A stretch of DNA of 64,000 nt. Origin: an uncultured Verrucomicrobiae bacterium. Its GTDB lineage: Bacteria; Verrucomicrobiota; Verrucomicrobiia; Chthoniobacterales; JAFAMB01. Under the pieces are notes generated by a model, which was not told the DNA's origin, did no database searches, and saw only the letters and a list, made by a program, of their open reading frames with translations. The translations under genes and the position numbers were made by a program. Numbering within the stretch: the stretch's first letter is position 1; every line of letters starts with the position of its first letter. Positions 28,960-40,900 of the stretch are shown piece after piece. The stretch is taken from contig CAVXLD010000011.1 of assembly GCA_963762565.1 (NCBI GenBank), forward strand, positions 96,001-160,000, in the 5' to 3' direction.

Positions 28960-31900
28960 CTAATCACCCGAAGAATCCCCGCCGCCATACCCGAGGACTT
29001 CAACGATGATTACCGATTCAGGTTGTTGCTCGGCCTGATTCGCCTGTTGTTTGGCGACTTCGTTAGCGGCATTCGTGTTGGCCCCGGCGGCGTTACTAGC
29101 CGCAGTCACTGCCGCTACGTTCGGCGATACTACCGTCGGGATACCGGTGGTCTTGCCACTGACTGAAATATTAGCAGCGTTAACGATGACGCGGGCCGCC
29201 AGGTTTGCATTGCCCGAAGCGCGAATCCCTGCTTCACCGGCATTAATGGTTCCTTCCGGTGCAATCAGGTTCACATTACCGGCGGGGATGTCCGGGATGG
29301 GATCCAGGGTGCCGATACCGGCGCCGGAACTGGGCGAGGTCGGAGATAAGATAATATCGTTGTAATCGTCATAAACGATCCCGGGCGGCGCAAAGATGAC
29401 GGTGCCTTTGGCGCCAATACCCGCATTGATGTCGCCAGCGCCGGACCAGATCACGATATTGCCGCCATAGGTCGTAAGAATGCGGCTTTCCCCAAGCAGC
29501 ACGCTGCCTTCGGAATACATGTTAATATCGCCCGAGCCTTGGGTCAGGATACCCGCGTGCGCCCCCGGCGTAACCCCGGTAACTCCAACGATGGTTTGAC
29601 CACCCGGCACCAACGTCGTAATCCCGCCTCCGAAATCGGTCAAAATACTGCTATCGCCTGCTTGGCCGCTGAACATGGTCAGGCTGCCGTTATAAGTAAT
29701 TTTCTGCCCGTTTTTTGCTCCGGTGGTTGGGAATAGGGTTGCAATTGCTTCCTGACCTTGCAGATAGCTTTGATAAAAGGGGCTGGTCGGATCGTTATAT
29801 TCCAAACCGGACTGATTCAATTCACTGAAATAGACCTGCAACAGAAAGATGCTCTGTTGCTCGATCGGCAACGACTCAAAATAGGCCAGCGCTCCAGTCG
29901 AGGATCCGGTATAGCTATAGTTTTGTTGGAGCCAGGTTAACAACTGATGCTGATAGGTCTGAACCACTTTCCCGGGCTGGTCGACTAACAACTGATTAGG
30001 ATTCGCCAGGTTAGCCGGATTCAGATAGAAATTGGCGAATCCCTCCCAATTCGGTCCTTCGGAACCGACTCCGGCAAACACAATGATTCCGGCGCCGCCG
30101 TCCGGATTCTTGATCTTAGGAGCGCCGATTAGACCGATCGACACGATGTTACCCTGGTCACCCTGATAGACGTTACCACCCGCGCTGACCTCCAAATTAC
30201 CGGGTCCGGCAATATCAACGTTAGCGAATAAAATCTCGTTCCCGGCCGAAACCACCGACACATCGGTTTTGGAATTATTCAGGATGAAGCTAGGACTGCT
30301 ACTGGATTGACCAAAATTGACAATGTCATCTCCGGCCCGGATGTCCACGGCTTTCGCACCGATATATTCCGGCACGGTTTGGCCACCGAAACTGGTAGTC
30401 GTGAGTTGTCCGAACTGCAGTCCAACAATGTCACCGGTCACCGCATAGATTAGAGCCGGCGCGTTATCGTTTGCGTGCAGGGTTCCAGAAGCAGAATCCA
30501 GTTCAAACGCAAATAGAGTCGGGTTGTCATGAGGAGGCGTGGTGGCGGGAATCGTGTTCCAGGCTAACGCCATAAGAGAGGTCAGCGCAGTCCCAGGGGT
30601 GTGCCCCATGGTGGAGAGTAAGTAGAAAGCGGGATCGAACGGACTAGGCAGAGAACCGGCGGCCGTGCTCGCCCCGGATATTTCAAAGATCTGCCCGCTG
30701 ACGCTTCCTGAGCCCGCCTCGGCATAGATCGATTGCTCGGCCAGAATTTCTAGTTGCCCGTTAGGTGAGGGGGCTAGTTCAAGCGGGCTGCTGAGACCGG
30801 CGTAAACGCTCCCACTCGTTGCGAAAAGGCGCAGGGTTGCAGGGAACAACCCCTGATTGCCACTCTCGGAAGAGTTTACGGCATTCGGTACAATGTTTCC
30901 GCCGGCCGACAGCCCTTCGATCGAAGTTGCTGCTGTCCAGAGCGAGAAGAAAGAATTGGCAAGTCCCTGATTTGATGGATCGGCTGTTTCGGTCCCCTCT
31001 GTCGTGTTCACAACACTGAAGGGATTAATGATACCGGCATCAGTAGCGTTACCGAGAACCAAATCACCGCGAACTTGAATTTGGATGGTGGCGTCGCCCG
31101 GAATCAATTGAGGCCCGCCAAAGGCGTAGCTGTAGACGGCCGCGGTGGAGACGCCGGTCGGCCGCGAATCTCCGGTACCGGATTGCCCGTAAACCAGGTC
31201 GATTCCCCCGATCGAACCCGCCTGAATGTTCAGATTTCCGCGGAGATTCACGAAAGTGCCGCCGGAGAAACCGGGATCGATGGCATTACCGTAGCCTACC
31301 GCAACCGGGTTCAACGTCTCGCCGATTTCCACCGTAACATTTCCGCCGCCAGTTTCCACCAGGTCGCCTCCTCCTGAGCCGTTGATTGAAACCACTCGAC
31401 CGGTGGCGCCAATTGCGATGACGAGACTGCCGCTGGTTTCGGTGTTGGATGAAAAGGCCATGACGCCGGCGTTACCGCCCGCCGAAACCATTACATTGCC
31501 TCCGCCGAGGGCACCGATGCCGGTAAACCCGGCAACGAACGGAGCACCGGTGTCGTTAGGGGCGTACGTTCCGAAATTAATCCACCAAGCGGCGTGTTGG
31601 CCGATAAGACTACCGCCCTGGGTCCACAACCAATTGCTCACGTTGTACGTTGCGGAGTAGATGCCGTTTAGCCCGGTCACGCTGAAGCCGGTGATATCTC
31701 CCTGCGCCAAAACGAGCACATTGCCGCCGCCAGCCGGATAATAGGCCTGATAGTCATTACTGGCGATGTACTCATAGACCGAGCTCGCATAGTTACTTCC
31801 TAGAATACTTCCTTGGTAATTACCGCGAGGCAAATCGAACGATCCGCCGTCCGCGGCCGTAATGGTCGGTGTCCGCGCTCCGGCCGTATAAATGCCATAC

Positions 31901-34900
31901 AACGAATCTTCAACGAAACTTCCTCCCGCCAGGAGATCAAGATAGCCGGTGCCCGTCCTGATCACGCTGAAAATCGGCGTATTGCTCGCCAGATCGTAAT
32001 GGGGATCATCGAGCACCAGATTCCCGGAGCCGTTCAGCGCGCTCTGTGCCTGTAAAACCCGAGTATCCGCCGCTCCCGTGTCCGCTCCAGCTATAAGCTG
32101 GATGGACCAGGAGAGGGGTACCTGACCATTCGGTCCGAGCGGCAACATTGGCTCAACGGCATAAACCTGTCCCTGGATGCCAGAGGTGCCGCTAGGTGGG
32201 CGTGTGGCCACCGATTGAACGCCCGTGGCGAACTTCGGCGTAGAGCCAACCGGAAACAGATCGCCCGCCGCCAGGGTTATGGAGGGTCCCGTCATAGTAA
32301 CCGGTCCGGAAAAGTCTGATAGAGGGGCGCCAGCCGGCCAGGTAACGGCGTTGATTGCGATCGAAACCGGCAATACTGAACCGCTGGCCAGTGTGGTCCC
32401 TGCGAGTAGCTGTGTGCCGGCGGGAACAGTTTGACCGGCATGAAACACTAGTCCGTCGGGCAGCGTGATCGTCGCGGTCGCGATAAACGGCGTGCTAACC
32501 GTTGCCTGCGCGCTTAGCGTGACCATCACCGGGATCACGACGTTCGGATTTAGTTTCGCCGGGTTGATCGAGATCGCGTAGCTTAACGATACTGGGTCGT
32601 TGGCAAATTTCGTCCCGTCGAACAGGGTAACACCAGTCTCGACCACGACATTAGAGAGAGTCGCTTTATTCGCAAAGAGCACCCAGCCATTCTCGTCCGG
32701 GTAGGTCATTCCATTGAGGTTCAACGGCGCGAAGCCATCGTTGATACTTCCATCGACATTTAAGTTACCACCAGCCCGCAGAATCAGGACCCCGGGTTCT
32801 CCTGAGCCATAGTAATTCAGGTTCAGTTGAGAGTTAGGATTGACGCTCGGGTATCGATATTCGGACAGATCGATGTCGCCCACTACGGTCAAGTTGCCGT
32901 TCGGGGTTGCGCTGACGATCTCGACGCCTGGCCGTAGATGGAAGGCTTGTGTGTAAGCGGTGAGCCCAGATAGCGCGGCCAGACTTCCGTTTGACAATGC
33001 AGTATTGATAAAAGTGGTACTGTCTTGACTAACCTGATCCAGGATTATCGCTCCATTGGGAGCACCGGTACCCGCGCTTTGTACGATGGTCCCGTTGGGA
33101 TCGGTCGGTGCGTAGGTCCAGAATGCGTTTAAGGCGATCGTTTGCGCACCCGTAATATTGACCTGTCCGTTTGCTACGATCCGGACATTCCCTGAAGTTA
33201 CGCCGGTCCGAGGTACGTTGAGCTCGAGATCGCCACGATCGATGCCATCGGGAGAACTCATATCGATAGTCGCCCCAGCATCCAACAGCAGGCTCCCCGT
33301 GCCATTATTGAGCGTGGTCACCGATGTATTACTGCCATCTTCAACCGTCAGCTCGATGACACCCCGGTTTTCCGCATCGATCGCCTGGCCGTAGCTATCC
33401 ACTTGCAACACCGTGTTATGGACATCCAGAACACCCGTCGAAGCCACTTCCAAGTTACCGCCCGCGGAGAGCCGGATCGTTCCTGGCGTAGCGCCGCTGG
33501 CATCGATGGTTCCGGCGACGATCAGGCTGCCGTTATCCACGGAGATATCGACGATATGGGCCATAATCGTAGTTCCTTTGGCGATCGTGATACTCCCTTG
33601 TTTGATGTCAAAAGAGCGCGAGTAAAAGAAGCCGCCCGTATCAAGTAACTGGTTCAGCATCGTGAAATCGCCTGCATTTTGTGCCCGGATATCAAAGGAA
33701 CCCGCGTTGAAATTGCCGGTACTGCTTCCTAAAAGGGTGCCCCCCAAGGTGACTTGCCCGGCGGAAGTACCGGTCGCGGTGATGGTCAAGCTACCGGCAT
33801 TATCGCCAATCGCGGAGACGTTGATAATTGAAGACGTATCCTGCGTGATATTTCCCGTTGTGCTTTCCAGTGAGACATCGCCGCCGAAGGTCGAGACCTT
33901 TTGATCGAACATTGCCACTGTCAGACCGGACACATCGATCTGGGAGCCTGCGTTCAAGGAAATATCACCGTTAGCAGTGAGCGTTACTTTGCCGGATGCA
34001 GCCAGGACCGAGGTTGAATCGGTAATGGTGTCTGCTGAAAGATCGATCTCGGCACCAAGGCTATCGGACATTACGGTCGCCGGTTGGGCGCCGGCTGGCG
34101 GCATTAACATCAATGCGCCGCCGGTCTTGTAACTCAGAACCGAGCCGGGCTCACCGGTCAGGAGAGGGGTTATCAGGTTCAAGTTGCCGTTGGTATAGGT
34201 CCCCGGGCCCGTCTCGGCAAGGTAAACGGAGAACGATCCTTTGCTGTTCGCGGTGATCTCCTGCGTGGCGGTCAGGTTAACCGTCGAGAACCCAAGCACT
34301 AGGCGGTCTAGCGAGGTTATATTCTGGCGTTCGTCTTGAGGCGCGTAGCCGAAAATGATCTCGTTAGCGACGATGTTGAGCGTACCGCTACCCGTACCTG
34401 GCCCACCGGCAATAACCGGTCCGGGTGGGGTGTTCGTGTAGACAATTGTGTTCGAGGTACCAGGAGCGAGCCCTAGCTGAGCCAGGCCGTTCCAGATGAG
34501 CGTACTTGTTGTGATCGTGACGCTATTAGTCCCTGTGCCGGCGCCATAGACGGCTGGCGAATCGAACACCAGTTCCTGCAGAGTCGATCGCCCGGTAGCA
34601 GGGTCGAGGGTGTTGATATTGACCGTTCCGTAGAAATTGATCGATTGCGATGCCGACAGAGTTAGCATCTGGAGAGCGGGCGCGCCGGATGCAGGGTCTC
34701 CTGCTAACAGCTGATCGAGCAAGCTCTGGTCAAGTAACAGACCAACAGGCAGGGTGCCATTCTGCTGGGCTGCCGCTAGAGATGCCGGTGTCCCGATATT
34801 AATATCGGTAGCCGCAAACCCGATGTACTTCGCCCCATAATTGGCTTCCTCTCCTAAATTCAACCCTGCGCTGGTAGCGAACGCGATGGTGCCATCCGAC

Positions 34901-37900
34901 AAAATGGACGCGCCGTTATCCACCGTGATCGGACCGGTTGCATTGCCCAGTCCCGGTTGGATATCAAGATAACCGTTCGATACAGCCAGTACGGCATAAA
35001 TCGCGTTTTGCGCAGCGTAACTGTTCGTAAAGAAGTAACCGCTGGATGAATCAAATGCCGGGTTACCCCTGCCTAGAGTGTCGATGATTGCTCCGGATTC
35101 GACCGTGATCCCATCTTTTCCCTGTGCTATCAGTGTGACGTCTGCACCCCGCAGAATGGCGCTGGTCCGAATGGCGACTTCTGCGGCGTTCGCTACAAAA
35201 TTAACCTCAAAACTGCCTTGGGTTGAGAGCGCGAGGTATCCGCCGATATAAACGTTGGGTGCGTCGATCGCATCGACAGCGGACGCGTTCAGGGAGATCC
35301 AACCTTTGGTAGGGATAGCACCGGCCCCGGTAATTTCGATGTTTTGCGAACCCGATCCCCCTGCACCACTAATAACTAACGTGCCCGAATATCCGGCCGG
35401 CGCCGGCTCAAAATCAGCCGTCCCGGCAAAGGTTAATTGAGACTCAGGTTCCGGCGATGGTGTCAGGTTGAGTGTGAGAGTCGAGGCATCGACCGGTAAC
35501 ACGGGGCGTGGCTGATTGAACTTTTGCGCCTGCGAGACGGCTACAGCACTATAAGTTTCCAGGTCATATTCGGAGTAGGTTTCGACCGCGGACGCCGGCG
35601 TGATGATCGCCTCGTTGGGAAGAGCATTTTGGAAGCTCGTGTTGGCGGCTCCTTCGTTGACATCGACTTCGAACGAACCGTTGTCCAACGATAACACTGG
35701 CGGCTGGTTTGTGTTTCCACGTCCTCCCAGTTCTACCCGGAAAGCTCCTGGGAGCAGGGCGTAATTTGCCGGCATCAGGATGTAGGTACCGGCCGGCAAG
35801 CCCGGGACACCGGCTGGGATCGTGATCTGTTGGCCGATACTCGGCATACTGCCGGTGTATCCGGTATTTGTATCAACCGTTGCCGGCGCATACGTTTGCA
35901 CCCCGGGGACGATGGCGTAGACCGCGTTACCGGACGCACTGAAAGTATAGCTGGGGTTTTGGTTGATGAGCGCGGTTGAAAGCACATCGAGTGAGCCGCC
36001 CCGACCGGAGATGAAGCCCTCGCCAAACAGCTTGCCGCCGCCGGAGAGATCGAGCAGTGCGCCGTGCGAAACGGACACGGAATAACCTTCGAGCGTGATT
36101 CCGCGCGTGGCTGCAAATGTTGCGTCGATCACATCCCCTGTGGTAAACGTTTGCCCATTGACGTTATAGATCACTCCGTCAGTGGTGCCGCCGTAAGGGA
36201 TTGTCAGCCCGTTTGCGCTCACCGAGGTGATGCTACCGGGAAGGAAATTCACGGCTTTTGTCGCTTGCGAGTTGCCGATGGTCGGATTGGTTCCAAAAAT
36301 AAGGGAGCCCAGCGGCGCACGGACAATTCCACCCTGATTGATCGTTTTCGCTTCGAAAGTCAGTTGGCCGAAAACCGATTGTGGAACGGCCGGATCGACA
36401 TTGCTGATCCGAGAAATTGAAATGGAAGTGCCCGGTGCGAACGGCTGAGCTGCTCCATTGAGAACCGGGATATCGCCGGCGATCACCTTAGCGTTACTCG
36501 CCCCGGAGACGGGATACAGTTGTGCCGCGGTAAATGTAAAGCTTCCAGGTGAAGTGACAGAAGCATCCGACAGAAACCGGATATCGCCTTGGCTGACAAA
36601 ATTAACGTCTTTGAACCCAGGATAATTGATCGTCTTTCCCAGATAGGCGGTATTAGGGCCGGGGGTCTCGAAATCACCGAATGCTGCCGAGCCCAAGTCG
36701 ATGAGATCTGCTTCGATGGTTAAATCCGCTCTTCCGTAGCTTTCCCCTTGAGGAGCGTTAGATGGATATAGAGCAGACAGTCCGGTGGTGAGATAGACGC
36801 CATAGCCATATCCGGGCTCCGGCTCCCCCTGATATTGTGCCGTCGGTGTGGTTAGCAAGACATAGGGAGCAGCAATGACGACTTGAGCGTGGCGGCTCGT
36901 GTCCGCCAAGGAGACGGCCGAAAGCTCAACGCTTTCTGGCGCGCTTAAGGTGACGTTGCCCTTAAACAGGATGGAATTCGCCGCAAATAAAGACAGATTC
37001 GCGAAACCGCCTTCGGTTACTGTGTTTGCACTGAGATATGCGTACCCAACTTTCAGATTTGAATTTTCCGTGCCCGGTTCAAGGGACGAAGGAAGAGCGC
37101 TTGGAACCGGGTCCTGCCCAATGACAATCGTCCTAGGTGTTCGCAGGTTATCGGGTACTAACGCGTTCGCGTCGTTATCATTGCCGGCAAAAGGTGGTAG
37201 AACCTGATAGATAGGACCCGCGAAGGTGATTGCTAGAGTTCCTCCGGCGCCTCCCGGACCGCCGGCAGCTGCTTCCAATTTGCCATCGATATAGATCCCA
37301 TCGTAGGAGCTCAGCGAGATCGATCCCCCGTTACTCGCGGCATAGACAGGGTCTCTCTGGACAATTGAGACAGATGTCCCTCCAAGGCTCTCAGTCGGAT
37401 TAGCACCGGCGTTCAGATCCAAGACCGCGCTAGCGCCCGATGCGTCCAGGATTGCGCCCGGCCGGATAATCACAAACGCGTCCGTCGAAGTGACCTCTGT
37501 GTAATCGCCGGGGGAGGCCGATTGAGTGCCGCCGGTGCTCCCCAGCACAATTGAACCCCCATTAGGAACCAGACCGTAGGGCCGCCCAAACCGATCCAGT
37601 GCGACGAACGCCTGTGCAGCGACATCCAACGTGCTGTCGCTCCCGATCCAGATCGATAAGCCATGCGGCTCGTAACTGATCGTTTTCCCGGTTCCGCCAA
37701 CCCCGCCTAAAGGCCGATAATTCACAATCTCGATTGAACCGCTCGGGGCTCGCAGTTTGCCGTCGACCGTGATCTGGCCCGCTCCCTCAATATCGATCGA
37801 TTGACCCGGATCAACGTAGATGGTTGACCCGGCGCCGATATTGATCGTGCCGCCCGCCCCTACATTAGAGGTGGCAACGAGGTTACCGTTAACTCCGGCT

Positions 37901-40900
37901 AGCAAACTCAAGCTCGCGCCCGGGCGCTGGGTTACCGTCGCCGTGTCCGGGTCGCCGACATACACCGGCATTAGCAGAGGATTTCCCATCGCGGTCGTGA
38001 TGCTCGCTCCTGTCGGTATTTTGTAGCTCGCGGCACTAAATTGATAAACCGGTTCCGTCACATTGATGTCTGCTCCCGGTGCTACCGTGAGAGACTCCAT
38101 CCCGTGGATTGTGTAACTCGAGAACCCCTGGCTGAAGAACGAGGTCGGCAACACGAGCTGGTCCGCCTTTGCTACAGTGATCCCATCGCCGATGACCACC
38201 GAGTAAGCTTGCAGGGCAAGGGCGCCACCCGCTTTGACGCCGTAAGACTCTATTGTGCCATCTAGAACGAGCGCTCCTCTCGATACTGCCTGCGCAACCG
38301 TGAGCAAGGTTCGCTTAGCGTGTTTCGACGTTACGCTAACGTTACCCACTTGATCCGCTTCAATCGAGATATTTCCCCCCGAACCATCGAGCGTTTTCCG
38401 GTTCGGCAAGATGGCGGCTCCGGAAGACGCATCGATCAGGCTTCCATTGGAAAGCGTTATCCCTTGATTTGAACTTAACGTTACATTGCCCCCGTTGATA
38501 TAGGCCTCGCCGGTGATATCGGTGGGGTCCAGGAACCCGTTGGTCCATAAACCCGCCGTATCGATCACAATATCCGGTCCAAGTGTAATTCCAGCGATCG
38601 CCCTCGCCGGTTTCGTGGATGGTACGTTTGCGGATTGGTTATAAGAAACCGCATCAATCGATACGCTGCCGTCGGGTGCGGTGATGGTGCCGTCGATAAC
38701 CACATTTGCCGCCGTCAACGAGATCTGGGCGCCGTTAGCAAACGCCAACGGATCGGCAATCGTCAAATAGCCCTTCGCGCCCCGCGGGATGTTATTCGCC
38801 GATGAGCTGGCGTCGTCCGGATGCGACGCGCCGCTCTTGGATTTCGGTACCGCCGCTTCAACATGGATTCTCAGTCCTCCGAGTTGAGCACTGTTAATCT
38901 GCGAAGCTGAAAACGTGTTGGTGTTGAATAGGTTGCTATTGATCGGGGATGTAGCCGTCAGATTCGCGGTCAGCGAGGAGTTGTTATCACCAAAGACAAC
39001 GTTGCTGGAATAAGGAAAGCCGTTGTTCACCTGACTCTCCGGGCCAAGGACGAGCGATCCATTAAGAGTAACCGTGCTCTCGGTCAGCAGAAAAGGATCG
39101 GTCACAGTCGATGGCCGGGCGCTGTCCTGTTGCGGCCCATCAACGGTCTGCGCATCGATGGTTCCCTCGAAGATCGAGGTCCTAGCATTGATCGTCAGAG
39201 TGCCTGCATCCCGGCCCTCGGTATAGCCGGGAACATAAATCTGGCTCGGCTGGGTGATAACGTTGGCGTACGTCTCGGTAACATTCCAGCGGGGGTGATT
39301 GACCACGAACCCGTTAAATACGCCAATATAGGTAAGCCCGGCCGGAGCGGTATTAACATTATAAATACGGCCATCGCTGGCGATGACATAGCTCTCCTTA
39401 AGATAGCCACCCTGGTACTGGATAGAACCGCCGGCGATATCAAAGACCGAACCTTTCTGTGCGACCACCTGGTTCGCTGAGAGGGTAATCGCGCCCCCGA
39501 TGGTGTCCCATTCATCAATGCTGTGCCCAACGTTATTCAGCTCGCCGCTAACTTCCAATAGCCCCCCGGGCGTGTAATAGCGGTTCTCGGTATTGTAGGG
39601 CGCGTTGTAACTCGAATTCGCCGGTACTTCCACCAGCTGCCGCAGATCCACGTACACGGTATTATTAAATAGCGATTGCGTATCCCGGTTGTCCGGAGCG
39701 TCTCGGAGCTCAAACCCTTGAATGTTGACCGCCAGGTTGTTGTCCGACATCGGCAGAGATACGTTCACTAAGCCCGATACGTCGAGCTTGGCGCCGTTCC
39801 CGACGAAGACCCGTTTCCCGGCATAGACGACGATTTGCCCCGCAGTCGCGCTGGTGAGTGAGCCGTTGGCGAAATCGACCATGCCGCCGGTTGTAATCTC
39901 GATCCGGGAAATACCGACAAGATCAGGAAGTAGAACTTGATCATTGAGCAGCGGTTTGGCGTTTGAGTAAGCGATGTCTTCCGTATAGGCTGCTGTCTGT
40001 TGCGGATCGAGCGCGGTGCTGGAATTAGGATCCGGAGCGATGTAGGTGATACTGCCGGGCGCCAAAGTCACGCTGCCGGTCACTTCCGAGGTGGAGGTTA
40101 ACAGATGAATGGTGCCGCGTTGATCGACCGAGCTGGTTGCGATGATAATACCGGATTGGGTCACCTGATGGCCGACCATGGTGATATCGCCGGTGGTCGC
40201 CTCGATCACCCCCGTGTTCAAAGTGGTTCCACCAGAAGTCACCTGCACCTCGGCCCCCAAAGTGGTCGAGGTCTCGTTCCCGGCGGAGGAACTCACTGAG
40301 CTGGTGCCGGGGATTATACTGTACCCCGGTAGCAAGGAGAATTCTTTGCCGGCGGCCAGGACAGTTTGTCCGTCTGCCGTGGTAATAGAACCGGCGTTCT
40401 CTACCGATCGGCCCAGGAGAATCACCGAGCCGCCTCGGTCCCCGGTTCTCAAAGGCGCATTTGTTACCAGTTGTGCGCCGAGGTCAACAATCACCGAGCC
40501 TAACCCACCGGTAAAGCTCGGGCTACCAAGAGAACTATTTGAGTTGACCGCAGTATAAATGCCGTCTGTGGTAAATTGCGAATCGGTGATCCTGGCTGCA
40601 GCAGCGAGCAACGTACCAACATTGATCTGGGAGGCGCCCCCGAAAATGATCCCGTTCTGGTTGATAAGATAAACCTGACCCTGTGCCTTAATCGAGCCCA
40701 GGATCTGGCTCGGTGTGCCACTAAGAATCCGATTTAACGCAACCCAAGTGTTAGCCACGGCGCCCCCGCCGCTCTGGTTGAAATCGACCGTCGTATTTTT
40801 GCCGACGTTAAAAGTTTGCCAGTTTAAGATCGCCTGTGACGCCGTCTGTTGAATCGTAACCGTGGTTTGGCCGTTCGACACCGATTGGGTCGGCTGATTT